A DNA stretch of 63,977 bases, the filler included, from a bacterium (lineage in GTDB: Bacteria; UBA9089; CG2-30-40-21; SBAY01): the NCBI GenBank assembly GCA_040757115.1. It is 18 parts of 18 records of this genome, joined end to end, with 100 filler letters (N's around TTAATTAATTAA, not from the genome) between each part and the next. Parts side by side here need not be neighbours in the genome. Positions count along the whole stretch, not along the records: positions 39,257 to 41,497 come from JBFLYA010000387.1; positions 41,598 to 43,836 come from JBFLYA010000388.1; positions 43,937 to 46,174 come from JBFLYA010000389.1; positions 46,275 to 48,504 come from JBFLYA010000390.1; positions 48,605 to 50,818 come from JBFLYA010000391.1; positions 50,919 to 53,129 come from JBFLYA010000392.1; 12 more parts are not named here. The stretch is one strand, 5' to 3'. This document shows positions 40,120-51,045 of this stretch, piece by piece. The translations under genes were made by a program, and so were the position numbers. Each line of letters starts with the position of its first letter. Within the stretch, counting starts at the first letter, position 1. Under the pieces are notes generated by a model. The model was not told where the DNA came from and searched no databases. It saw nothing but the letters and a program-made list of their open reading frames with translations.

Positions 40120-41037
40120 ATGTTTTTAGTTCTACTTTGCAGTTTGGTTTATGGAGAAACTACATTAATGAATGAGTTAGAAAAGAATCTCAGAATCCAT
40201 GTAGAAAAGCTTGCTTTAGATATTGGTGAACGCAATTTTGCTAAATATGAGGAATTAGAAAAAGCAGCTGATTACATTATGAGTGAGTTTAGCAGATATG
40301 GCTATACTTTTAAACTCCAGCAGTATCAAATTGAAGGAAGAATTTATAAAAATATTATTGTTAGTTTAAAAGGGACTAAAGAGCCTGACAAGATTATAAT
40401 TATTGGTGCACATTATGATTCTGTATTGGGCACTCCTGGTGCTGATGACAATGCATCGGCAGTAGCAGGATTATTAGAATTAGCTCGGCTTGTGAGTCTT
40501 AAAGAGAAACCTGCTAAAACAATCAAATTTATTGCCTTTACGAATGAGGAACCACCATTTTTTCAAACAGGACAGATGGGTAGTATGATATATGCAAAAG
40601 AGGCTTATAGATATAAAGAGAAGATTGAGGCGATGATATGTTTAGAGATGATTGGTTATTTTAGGCAAGAAAAGAATTCACAAACCTATCCTTTCCCACT
40701 TAATTTCTTTTATCCTGATACTGGAAATTTTATCGCAGTGGTAGGCAATAGAGCCTCTAAGAAATTAGTAAATAAGGTAACTTCTGCTTTTAAGAAGCAT
40801 TCTAACTTCCCAATAGAATCAATAGCTGCCTTTTCAATTGTTCCAGGGATTGATTTTTCCGACCATGCATCATTCTGGGAATATGGATACGAGGCAGTAA
40901 TGATTACCGATACTGCATTTTATCGCAATCCTCATTACCATAGCCCGACAGATTTACCTCATACACTGCATTATCAGGATTTAGCAGAAGTTGTTAAAGG
41001 ACTTTATTATGTAATTTTAGAGCTTACGGGAAAGTAA
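40120..41037 (+). CDS. M28 family metallopeptidase
   Basis: GAHYDS, GADDNAS, NEE, SDH, YH..TD. Confidence 0.9.
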   Translation: MFLVLLCSLVYGETTLMNELEKNLRIHVEKLALDIGERNFAKYEELEKAADYIMSEFSRYGYTFKLQQYQIEGRIYKNIIVSLKGTKEPDKIIIIGAHYDSVLGTPGADDNASAVAGLLELARLVSLKEKPAKTIKFIAFTNEEPPFFQTGQMGSMIYAKEAYRYKEKIEAMICLEMIGYFRQEKNSQTYPFPLNFFYPDTGNFIAVVGNRASKKLVNKVTSAFKKHSNFPIESIAAFSIVPGIDFSDHASFWEYGYEAVMITDTAFYRNPHYHSPTDLPHTLHYQDLAEVVKGLYYVILELTGK

Positions 41038-41597
41038 TTGTAGTAGTAATTTACTACAGGATAAAGCAGATTGTTCTCTATCTTCTGTCCAATGAGATGA
41101 TAATATTTTAATATTTTTTTCTTGTTGTCAACCACTTTTATAAACTTTTTTACTTGTATTACAGAAGAGCGTTGCGTAGGACATAAAGTTATATCTATGG
41201 TCTCTGGCATTGTGTTACCTCATTTCTTGCCATCTTTTTGTATTTCTTGACATTTTGGAGTCCCAAAAGACAACCCAGAGGGTCATTAACCAAATGTTAA
41301 ACAATAGGATACCGGTGCGAAATATTCCACAAGGAGTTTAATGCAAATATCAAAATGTCCAAATCAAAAGGACAAAGCAAAATGCAAAAATACTTGTAAG
41401 GCAATAAAAAAAATCAAATATTAAAAATCAAAAATAAGAATAAAAGAATTCCTTAATTTTGATATTTGCTCTTTGATTTTTGATATGATATTTGATANNN
41501 NNNNNNNNNNNNNNNNNNNNNNNNNNNNNNNNNNNNNNNNNTTAATTAATTAANNNNNNNNNNNNNNNNNNNNNNNNNNNNNNNNNNNNNNNNNNNN

Positions 41598-41749
41598 TCC
41601 TAATGCTTCAGCAACATATCTCTGTCGTTTCCCCTGAGCAAGCAAAACTATTGCTTGAATCTTTATTCGAACTCGTCCATCTCTCATTTTTTTGCTATCT
41701 TGGCTAATTCTTCAACTGAAACATCACTTCGCACTCTTTGCCATCCCAT
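41598..41749 (-). mobile_element. IS630-like transposase HTH fragment
   Basis: RIKIQAIVLLAQGK..VAEALG after a frameshift; runs off contig. Confidence 0.45.
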
Positions 41750-41843
41750 ATAGTTCACCTCCTTAGAACTATATATCGGCAAAAAGATGCAAAAACTTTA
41801 TAGAATTGATATAAGCTGTGTTAGACGATGTTGCGCCAACTTT

Positions 41844-42647
41844 CTACACCTTTTGTTCTTTTAGTAACCGGTTATTAATTTCTTGAAGAATTCCTTCTTC
41901 TCGCAATCTTAGGCAAATTGAGCAACCTGCAAAACGAATACTCTCCTTCATTAAACCTATTTCATTAAGTAACTTGCTGGTCATTTTGTTTTTATATTTA
42001 TCAATTACTCCAAAAATTGATAACCTTTGTATTTCTTTAATAATTGGTCGGTTCGCAAAGAATGATTCCATCACTTTAAAATTAAGTTTACCAATTTCAG
42101 ATATTACGAACCAATTATATCAATTTTAGTTAATTTCTGCCTCTTTAATAAGCCTTATATCTTAACGCCTATGGGTCAACAACTCCCTAAGCCCCTTTAT
42201 TAAGGGGGAATATTTGCTTCTTATTCGTGTGCATTCGTGTTGACAAAAAGGCAAAAACTTTATAGAATTGATATTACACCCCATTTGTGGAATACAATAA
42301 TAGTATTTACTGCCCCATGAAATATAATAATTTGGTGAGTTTCCACAAACAGAAAGTTTTCTTAGCAATTCTCTATTATTCATTATATAGAAATCTTCTT
42401 CATTTTTAATAATTTTTGAAGTGATCATCCTGTTTAACAATATCTCTCGATATGGACCAAGACTAATTTTGTCAGTTGAGTCAATTTTAACATAACAAGC
42501 TTGGTTTTCTATACCAACTGCTCTTCCCCATATCATAAAATCATTTATATCGTATTGAACTCCTTGTTTTGCATAGATTTCCCAAATATGAAAAGGGCAA
42601 GGTTGCAAAGCAACCGCAGAGTTCTGAACCCCGCCGTAAATGTTCAT
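41844..42647 (-). pseudogene. Disrupted hypothetical gene(s)
   Basis: ORF pieces 42162..42647 and 41844..42074 interrupted by a repeat insertion (CCCCTTTATTAAGGGGG). Confidence 0.35.
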
Positions 42648-42658
42648 TTCTTACAAGC

Positions 42659-43081
42659 CTATTCTTCCAGACTTCTGCCATAGATGGCTGCAATCACCAG
42701 GCCTCCAAGCAAGAGGAATACAATGCCATGCAACCAGCCAACCACAACCATCATAAAAGATACTGGACTCATCGTATAGAAGAACAGTTCTCCCGCCAGT
42801 CTGGTAATAAGCCAGAGGGTTAATCCAAACATTAACCCTTTCTTGATACCTTCACCTGGAATACCTCGGTAGAGAATGGCAAATCCAAGTGAGATCATCA
42901 GGCCATTTAGGATATCGGCCAAGGGCATTCCGATCCTCCATATTGGATCATTTATTGATCTCCATAGATGTTGATATTGACTGGTCCACTTAGCAAATAA
43001 TGCACCATAGAACAACCAGCCACATACCTCTCCAATAATTCCACATGTTAACCCGCCTAAGAACCACCTTAATACTTTCAT
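42659..43081 (-). CDS. 4-TM membrane protein (DUF1761-like)
   Basis: Four hydrophobic helices, KKGLMFGL. Confidence 0.6.
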   Translation of the reverse strand: MKVLRWFLGGLTCGIIGEVCGWLFYGALFAKWTSQYQHLWRSINDPIWRIGMPLADILNGLMISLGFAILYRGIPGEGIKKGLMFGLTLWLITRLAGELFFYTMSPVSFMMVVVGWLHGIVFLLLGGLVIAAIYGRSLEE

Positions 43082-43728
43082 CTTACCTTCCTCCTTCTTT
43101 CTTTTCTTTTTATCAAAGTCCTGGCAACCAATGCGCCAAGCTTTTTTGCTTCTTCTAAATTCTTTGGGTTCTTCACACCACCTTTCGCATCTACACTAAA
43201 AACCTTGTTGTTTATTCTTGGCTGATAAAATCTAAGCAGCCAGGCATATTTCCTTAATGGCTTTAAAACCCAATTGGTAGAATTATCAAAGGATGTGCCA
43301 ATTATACTGAAGGGCTTGCCAGATAAAGTCCAGACAAAATCCTTATCAACCTCACTTGATGAATACACAATCATCATCAACCTCTCGATCAAGGCAGTGA
43401 ACTTTGAGGGAATTGGGGTATAAAGGGGAATACAAGCAATTATTCCATCTGCCTCAACCATCCTTTGAAAAACCTCTTCAAAGTCATCATCTTCAATTAT
43501 ACATTTATGGGGCTTTTTAGCACAACCATAATATTCTACCTGTTGCACACCTGAATAACAGGCTTTGCAGGGCTTTATCTCAAGCTCAGCTAAATGTAAT
43601 ATTTCTGTCTCTATGGATTTGTTTTCTTCCTTTACTCCTTCAAAAGCGGCTTTAAGTAGCTCATACGAATTGCCATCCTTTCTTTGTGAACCATTAATGC
43701 CTAAGATTTTCATTTTTGCTTTCTCCAT
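43078..43728 (-). CDS. Flavodoxin family / iron-sulfur flavoprotein
   Basis: GINGSQRKDGNS, PCKAC..C..C, ADGII. Confidence 0.85.
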   Translation of the reverse strand: MEKAKMKILGINGSQRKDGNSYELLKAAFEGVKEENKSIETEILHLAELEIKPCKACYSGVQQVEYYGCAKKPHKCIIEDDDFEEVFQRMVEADGIIACIPLYTPIPSKFTALIERLMMIVYSSSEVDKDFVWTLSGKPFSIIGTSFDNSTNWVLKPLRKYAWLLRFYQPRINNKVFSVDAKGGVKNPKNLEEAKKLGALVARTLIKRKERRRKVR

Positions 43729-44325
43729 TTTTTATACCCCAAATCTTTTTGCACAGATTTGCAAGATGTTTCATTGTTATAAATTATAATCCCATTTCTT
43801 TTTTGGTATCAGGTTATTTACTTTACAAAGTTTATCNNNNNNNNNNNNNNNNNNNNNNNNNNNNNNNNNNNNNNNNNNNNTTAATTAATTAANNNNNNNN
43901 NNNNNNNNNNNNNNNNNNNNNNNNNNNNNNNNNNNNACTTGGGACTCGGGAAGAAAGAAACTCTCAGCAATTCCCCCTTAATAAAGGGGGTTAGGGGGTT
44001 GTCCTTCTCCCATTTTCATTGCCCTTTGTGAGCCTTGGCTCATGTCCGTTTCTCCTGAAAATATCCGCAGATTTCGCAGAGGACACAGATTTTTAATTTT
44101 TTGTCTCCCCGCTGGCGGGATTAAGGGGTTAGGGGATTCTTTTATTCCCGAGCCCCGAGTCCCGAATCCCGAGTCCCTTAATTTTCATCGTCGTTTGTGT
44201 CCACGCTGTAGGCATGAGCGTTTTCCTTGTTTTTGGTAATTACTTATTATTATACCACAATACTTCTCATATTGTCAATACTTTTGACTGTTCCACTTTC
44301 TCCTTTTCCCACTTTTACATTTTTC

Positions 44326-45144
44326 TCACTTATAGATTTCCCAAAGAATCATTATCAATCCCATTATCCAGCAATACCCTGCGAAGATAATTAATTTTCC
44401 TTGTTTGACTATCTTCAAAAGCACCTTAATTGCCAGATAGCCGCTTATAAAGGCAGATAAAACACCTATGATAAAGAGATATAAACTCTCTATTTCTACA
44501 TCTTTCAGTTGTAAAATAGTTGCACCTAAAATGACCGGTAAGGCAATTAAGAAGGCATAATTAGGGGCTAAATCTTTATTTAACCCACGATATAACCCAG
44601 CTGTAATCGTTATCCCGGAACGGGAAATACCTGGGGCAAGTGCTAATGCCTGGGCGACACCAATAAATAAGGCGTCCTGGACGGTCATATTTAAAATATC
44701 CTTTTTACCATTTAGATTACGCTGACCTATGGCTAATATAAACCCTGTCCCTAACAGGAAAAATCCTACCGCTAAAGGGCTTTTGAATAATGCTTCAATA
44801 TAATCTTCAAGAAATATTCCCACCAGGCATGCTGGAATTGTAGTCAGGATGATTAAAAAAACTAATCTTTTATAATCGTCATTCTGGACGCTTTTAAATT
44901 CCCTTTTAAAAAAAATATCATTTGATATTTCACCGCAGGCACGGATAAGTTTCAAAATATCCTTCCAGTAGATTAACATCAATGATAGGAATGTGCCAAA
45001 ATGTAACATAGTATCAAAACTAAGTGATGGTTTTGCAATCTGTAGTAATTCTGGCACAATGACGAGATGAGCCGAGGAGCTTACCGGAATAAATTCTGTT
45101 ACTCCTTGAACTATACCTAAAATCAACGCATCAAAAATATCCAT
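44326..45144 (-). CDS. uppP: Undecaprenyl-diphosphate phosphatase
   Basis: QGVTEFIPVSSSAHL, PGISRSG. Confidence 0.95.
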   Translation of the reverse strand: MDIFDALILGIVQGVTEFIPVSSSAHLVIVPELLQIAKPSLSFDTMLHFGTFLSLMLIYWKDILKLIRACGEISNDIFFKREFKSVQNDDYKRLVFLIILTTIPACLVGIFLEDYIEALFKSPLAVGFFLLGTGFILAIGQRNLNGKKDILNMTVQDALFIGVAQALALAPGISRSGITITAGLYRGLNKDLAPNYAFLIALPVILGATILQLKDVEIESLYLFIIGVLSAFISGYLAIKVLLKIVKQGKLIIFAGYCWIMGLIMILWEIYK

Positions 45145-45169
45145 ATTTTCTCTTTGACCTCCTTATAAA

Positions 45170-45947
45170 GTAACCGTTCAGGGGGTATTTACCGCAGAGA
45201 CGCAGAGGAACAGAGAAGACATAGAAATAAATCAGATAACAGAAAAGATTATTGAGGCAGACATGGAAATACATAGGACGTGCTTGCCGAATGTTCAGCA
45301 GGCAAGCCAGAATTGTTGCGTATCGTAAATAGATTTTAATTTTTTTCTCTGCGTCTCTGTGTCTCTGCGGTGAACAGTTACGAAAGTTGAAATTGGAAAT
45401 TAGAAATTGGGCTTTTACTTCCTTCCTTAATTTCTAATTTCGAATTTCCAATTTTAACTTCATTTTCTGTAACCGTTCAGAGATATAGCCACAGAGTCAC
45501 AGAGAACACAGAGGGAATATATAACTACGAATGAACACGAATAATAAAAAGATTTGTAGTGCGAGGCTTTAGCTTCGCTTCTGGCAAGCAGGAAGGCGAA
45601 CCTAATGGTTTTTGCAAAATTAACTTCCACTTTTCTGGAATACCATAAAATAAATTAAAAATCAAACATCAAAATGTAAAATTACAAATCAAAAATCAAA
45701 ATATTCTCCAGCTACTTTGTTAATTTACAAGTATTTTTGCATTTTGCATTGTAATTTTGATATTTGCATTTTGATATTTACATTAAAGTTCTTCTTGCTA
45801 TCGCTCTCCCCAAAAGAGGAACCTATTTATGAAAAAGCAATAAGGTTCGCACTACATTTATCGAATGTCAGAGGTTAATTCGTGTCCTTATGTGGCTAAT
45901 TTCTCTAATTCTCTGTGAACTCTGTGCCTCTGTGGCTGAACGGTTAC
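45170..45947. mobile_element. Two adjacent GTAA-ended MITEs (45170-45381 and 45469-45947, the latter with a nested insert)
   Basis: Terminal GTAACCGTTCAG / GAAC(A/G)GTTAC; similarity to 21180-21465 and 63356-63746. Confidence 0.7.
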
Positions 45948-46380
45948 AAATTTTGCTTACTGATAATTATACAGAATTTATTAAATTTGTCAAGTTGATT
46001 AATCGCAATCTGTGATTCAGACAGTAGACTATATAGCAGTTATTATTCAAAATTTTACTTAGAAATGCCGATAAGTATAGTAAATATTAACCAAAACTTC
46101 ACATTAGTATGGTTGATAGTTGATAGTTGATGGTTGATGGTTGATGTCCAGTGTCTGAATCACAGCAGTTACAANNNNNNNNNNNNNNNNNNNNNNNNNN
46201 NNNNNNNNNNNNNNNNNNTTAATTAATTAANNNNNNNNNNNNNNNNNNNNNNNNNNNNNNNNNNNNNNNNNNNNACAAGATTTTGCCACTACAAATGGAT
46301 TTTTTAAATATTTAATTTTCTAACTCACTGATATTATTGATATTTCATTTTTAAAAATGGCAAAAATTAGACCAAAATGG

Positions 46381-46605
46381 TCATTTTAGTATGAAGTTGG
46401 GGTATGCTTTAAAAATGTAGAAAGGGCTCTGGGTATCGGGTTCTGGGTCATAATCTCCACCAAATAATAGGAATATCTCCCATAGTTTCTGTGATTCCTC
46501 AAAACGCTCTGCCGGAGATAAAGCATACCAATCTAAAACCTCATCATCTATCAAGACTCTTTCAATATCTTTAACATTTGATAATATTTTCCCCATCCTA
46601 TTCAC
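46381..46605 (-). CDS. Small hypothetical protein
   Basis: 74-aa ORF, WYALSPAERF..PEPDTQSPF. Confidence 0.5.
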   Translation of the reverse strand: MNRMGKILSNVKDIERVLIDDEVLDWYALSPAERFEESQKLWEIFLLFGGDYDPEPDTQSPFYIFKAYPNFILK

Positions 46606-46715
46606 TTAAAAACCAAAATAATTTTTTATTGGCAATTAGTTTCATCTAATTACCTACGCTAATTATACCATATAAAATTACACTCGTCAATAAAAAACAT
46701 ATTGAAAAAAAAATC

Positions 46716-46743
46716 TTGACATATTTTAATTTTAGTATATAAT
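46716..46743 (+). promoter_or_regulatory. sigma70 promoter
   Basis: TTGACA-16 bp-TATAAT upstream of the DUF502 gene. Confidence 0.65.
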
Positions 46744-46755
46744 ATAAAATTAGTT

Positions 46756-47490
46756 ATGAAGCTATTTTCAAAGACAAAATTAAAGGCTTACTTTTTTACC
46801 GGATTATTTACTTCTTTACCAGTAATGGCAACGGTAGTTGTTGGGTGGTTTATTTTAAAGTTTGTTATAAACTTACTAAGTTTGCCTCTTTCTGGTCTTT
46901 TAGATTTAAAACTCCCAGCCATTAAATTAATTGTTCCATTAGCCGGCTTAATAATTACGATTATGGTTATTTTAGTCATAGGTCTTTTGATGGCAAGTTT
47001 CATCGGGAAAACTATTATTGCGTGGTTTGAGGAACTTTTAGCTCGTGTCCCGATAGTAAGTAATATTTACACAGGTTTTAAGCAATTGATAGAAATATTC
47101 CTGATGAGAGGCAAAGAATCCTTTTCACGAGTAGTATTAGTTGAATATCCGCGTAAAGGGATTTACGCCGTAGGATTTGTCACCTCCGAGGCAAACCCAC
47201 AAATAGGCAACTCTACGGGTAAAGAAGTGGTTAATATTTATCTCCCAACAGCGTTAAATATTGCCTCTGGATTTTTAATTGTTGCACCTGTGAGTGAAAT
47301 TATACCGTTAAATATCTCTGTGGAAGAAGGTTTAAAGTTAGTCATTTCAGGAGGTTTTATTGTTCCTTCAGATAAATTCCAGTTACCAAATGAAGTCTCT
47401 CGGATAAAAATATCAGAGAAGGTAGAGGAGATAAGAGGGAATATGAGCAAATTACAAAATTCCAAATCACAAATTCCAAAAGACAAATAA
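46756..47490 (+). CDS. DUF502 family protein
   Basis: RVPIVSNIY, VVLVEYPRKG..GFVT, YLPT..SGF, GLKLVISGG. Confidence 0.88.
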   Translation: MKLFSKTKLKAYFFTGLFTSLPVMATVVVGWFILKFVINLLSLPLSGLLDLKLPAIKLIVPLAGLIITIMVILVIGLLMASFIGKTIIAWFEELLARVPIVSNIYTGFKQLIEIFLMRGKESFSRVVLVEYPRKGIYAVGFVTSEANPQIGNSTGKEVVNIYLPTALNIASGFLIVAPVSEIIPLNISVEEGLKLVISGGFIVPSDKFQLPNEVSRIKISEKVEEIRGNMSKLQNSKSQIPKDK

Positions 47491-47966
47491 ATTCCAATGA
47501 CCAAAATTCAAAATTCCAAACCATAATAGGACACAGATTTTCGCAGATTATCAGCATAATAAAAAAATTAAATAATTCAGCCACACAGGCATTAACTCGG
47601 TTATTCATCGCATTTTATTTGATTCCCGGCACCGACAGGAACAAACCCTGTCCCTACAACAAAAAAAATCCGTGTTTCATCCGTGTTCATCTGTGGCTAA
47701 TATGTTTAAAATCTTGAAAATCTGCGGAATTCATCTTGTGTCTAACAAAAAGAATGAACTTTGGAATTTGGCGATTGGAATTTGGAATTTATTTGGGATT
47801 TGGTGCTTGGAATTTGGAATTTTGACTGCATCCGTCTGGTAAAAGATGTAGGTAAAGATTTTAAGCTGGGGGGTAAAACATAAACATAAGTAACTGTAAC
47901 TGTGGTAAAATCAAGGGTTAATTTTATCCGAGAGCGTTCCAAACTCAAAAGGGGGTGTGAGAGCAA

Positions 47967-48242
47967 ATGAAGAAAGATGAGTTAATAAAGAGGGTTGCCT
48001 CAAAAATAAATCTTGATAAAAAAGAAGCGAAGCAGGTAGTTGATGTTATTTTAAAGAGTATTATAAATGGATTAAATAAGGACAAGAGATTAGAAATAAG
48101 GGGATTAGGCGTTTTTGTGGTAAAAGATAGAGCACCGCGGCAAGGGAGAATAATCTCTACGGGTAAGAAAGTGCCTATTCCTGCACGAAGGGTGCCTGTA
48201 TTTATCCCGGGTAAGATATTGAAAAGAATAGTAAATAAGTAA
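47967..48242 (+). CDS. HU/IHF family DNA-binding protein
   Basis: MKKDELI, LEIRGLGVF, IPARRVPVFIPGK. Confidence 0.9.
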   Translation: MKKDELIKRVASKINLDKKEAKQVVDVILKSIINGLNKDKRLEIRGLGVFVVKDRAPRQGRIISTGKKVPIPARRVPVFIPGKILKRIVNK

Positions 48243-48768
48243 CTATTCAGCCACTGATTGACAGGGATTAGCACGGATAAGTAGCAGAGGGCAGAGGGCA
48301 GAAGGCAAAAGGCAGAGGATAGAAGGAGGAAAAACCTTCAGCCTAATTACGGACACGGAAAACGGACAGGGATTACGAATTTTTGTAACCGTTCAGGCTA
48401 TATATCAAAAGTGTAAGAAAGGGGATAAGGAGATAAGAGTGATATGGAGATAAGATAATAGAAATAGATTGAAATTTATAGAAATAGGTAGAAATTGATT
48501 GTGGNNNNNNNNNNNNNNNNNNNNNNNNNNNNNNNNNNNNNNNNNNNNTTAATTAATTAANNNNNNNNNNNNNNNNNNNNNNNNNNNNNNNNNNNNNNNN
48601 NNNNCCACAATCAATTTCTACCTATTTCTATAAATTTCAATCTATTTCTATTATCTTATCTCCATATCACTCTTATCTCCTTATCCCCTTTCTTACACTT
48701 TTGATATATAGCCTGAACGGTTACGAATTTTTGAATCCTTACACGATCTTGAAGTAAAAATACTCGAA

Positions 48769-48900
48769 TATATCCAATCGTTGCACCTGACCGCCAACAG
48801 CGGGCGGTTTTTTCAAAGTTCTGTGCCCTATCAAAGTTTAGTTGTTTTCCAAAGTTTTGTGGTGTATACTGTTGGCGGCAGGTGAGCTCTATCGTTGTGG
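48769..48900 (+). repeat. Degenerate attC-like site of the same family as 29-160
   Basis: GTTGCACCTGACCGCC..GGCGGCAGGTGAGCTCTATCGTTGTGG with the same three CAAAGTT internal repeats. Confidence 0.55.
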
Positions 48901-49204
48901 TTATGAAGTTGATATGGAAGTCTGCTCCCCTGATTAAATCAGGGGTTAACCCTAACCCTTTCACCAAAAACTCCTAAATATATCCCCTTATCTCCTTTAT
49001 CTCCTTTTTTTACACAGGTCTAAAGTTACCTGCACAGGTGAAAAGAATTTCGGATTTTGGATTTTTGTAAGCATTCCAATATTCTGGTGTTTCTGTGTTT
49101 TGGTGTCTGGGCTACATAGACTACCAGACACATAGACACCACGCACCAGACCACTTGAACGGTTACGATTTTTCAATCCACAATTTACAATTCGCAATCT
49201 GCAA

Positions 49205-50389
49205 TCAAATAATTCCTAATTTTTTACCCACAAGCTTAAATTTATCCAGGGCGATTTCGAGTTGTCTTTGAGATAGGGTAGCGATGACACTTACCCGAAT
49301 TAGAGAGGATTCCTTTGAAACTGCTGGTGGGACAACAGGATTCACTATTATCCCTTCTTCTTCTAACAAACCAGCGGTTTTAAAGGTTATTTCGTCGTTA
49401 CCAATGATGACAGGGATAATGGGGGTTACTGTTTCTTCCAGGGTAAATCCTAATTCCATTAACCCTTTTTTCATAAAGTTAGCATTATGATGTAGTTGTT
49501 GTAGTAATTGTGGTTCTTCTTCTAATACTTCAAGACCAGCAATGACAGTAGCGGCTATAGCCGGTGGGGGGCTGGCTGTGAAGATAAAGGCTCTTGAGTT
49601 AAGTTTTAAGAAAGCAATTATTTGAGCAGTTGCACCAGTAAATCCACCTATGGTAGCAAAGGTTTTACTGAATGTGCCGCAGATGAGGTCTATTTGCCCT
49701 TCCATATTGTAATACTCAAGTATGCCATGTCCTTTGTCACCTAAGACGCCGCTGCCATGTGCATCATCTACCATAACTTTAGCACCATATTTATCTGCCA
49801 CCTGCTTTATCTGCGGGAGATTAGCCAGTGTGCCTTTCATACTGAAGACACCATCAGTAACAATAAGCTTATTCCTGGAAGGGTCAACTGTAGCGAGTTC
49901 TTCTTCAAGATTTGTCATATTGTTATGTTGGTATATCTTTACTTCTGCCTTTGACAGGCGACAGCCTTCTATAATACTGGCATGATTTAATTCATCACTA
50001 AATATCATATCTCCTTCTTTAACCAGGGCCGCAATGGTTCCCATCATAGTCATAAATCCTGTGCTAAAAACGATTGTATCTTCAGTGCCTTTAAATTGTG
50101 CGAGTTTTTTCTCCAGCCGATTATGTAAGGTAGTAGTGCCGGTAAGCACCCGTGAGCTACACGCACCTGTGCCATATTCCTGGATAGCCTTGATAGTTGC
50201 AGAGATAACCTTTGGATGAGTGGCTAATCCCAGATAATTATTTGACCCCAGCAAAATCATCTCCTTACCTTTCATTCTCACCAACGGTGCTGGTGCACTT
50301 TCCATCTCCCGAAGGTAAAAGAATTGGTGATGAGATTTTAGGTAGTCTATTTTTTTATTGAACTCATAACATTTATCGAAAAGCCCCAT
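49205..50389 (-). CDS. PLP-dependent alpha-oxoamine synthase (BioF/Kbl/serine palmitoyltransferase family)
   Basis: GSNNYLGL, NHASI, DGVFSM, VDDAHG, GTFSK. Confidence 0.9.
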   Translation of the reverse strand: MGLFDKCYEFNKKIDYLKSHHQFFYLREMESAPAPLVRMKGKEMILLGSNNYLGLATHPKVISATIKAIQEYGTGACSSRVLTGTTTLHNRLEKKLAQFKGTEDTIVFSTGFMTMMGTIAALVKEGDMIFSDELNHASIIEGCRLSKAEVKIYQHNNMTNLEEELATVDPSRNKLIVTDGVFSMKGTLANLPQIKQVADKYGAKVMVDDAHGSGVLGDKGHGILEYYNMEGQIDLICGTFSKTFATIGGFTGATAQIIAFLKLNSRAFIFTASPPPAIAATVIAGLEVLEEEPQLLQQLHHNANFMKKGLMELGFTLEETVTPIIPVIIGNDEITFKTAGLLEEEGIIVNPVVPPAVSKESSLIRVSVIATLSQRQLEIALDKFKLVGKKLGII

Positions 50390-50923
50390 TTTTGTTCTCC
50401 TGAAAATAAGGAAGTAGAAAGTAGAGAGTAGAGAGTAGAAAGTAAAGAAAACATCACTCCTCACGCTTATCGCCCCATCTCCCACTTTCTATCTCCTATC
50501 TACTATTTTCATCTTCATTTGTGAACTAACGGTTCATGAGCGTTCTCCTGAAAATAGCCGTAAGAATAGAACACGGATGACACGGATTAAACGGATGAGC
50601 ACGGATTTTTTATTTTTTAGTAATCGGATTGAGCGGATTAATCGGATTTCTTTTCTGTTTTTTTATCTGCTCAATCCGCTAAATCCGCTTACTACTTATT
50701 TACTGATAGGAATTTGCTTTTTGAGGATTTTTTGCTTCGCAACATTTTGCGGACGCAACATTCTCGCTTTGCTCGAATTCGGATGTTACCTTCACTTTTG
50801 CCCATTAGGGAAATATTANNNNNNNNNNNNNNNNNNNNNNNNNNNNNNNNNNNNNNNNNNNNTTAATTAATTAANNNNNNNNNNNNNNNNNNNNNNNNNN
50901 NNNNNNNNNNNNNNNNNNAATCG

Positions 50924-51044
50924 AGAGTGGGGACATTTGGAATCAACCCCTTTCTTGAAATGGAGAACAGCATATTGTCTCACTTGAGCTAAAATAAAAA
51001 TAAGGACTTTATGCCCCTAAAACTAAAAAACTTGAACATCGAGT
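50924..51044 (+). mobile_element. End of an IS/MITE (121 bp), inverted copy at 53009-53129
   Basis: Exact reverse complement at the other end of the contig; terminus ..CTTGAACATCGAGT. Confidence 0.75.
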
Positions 51045-51045
51045 T

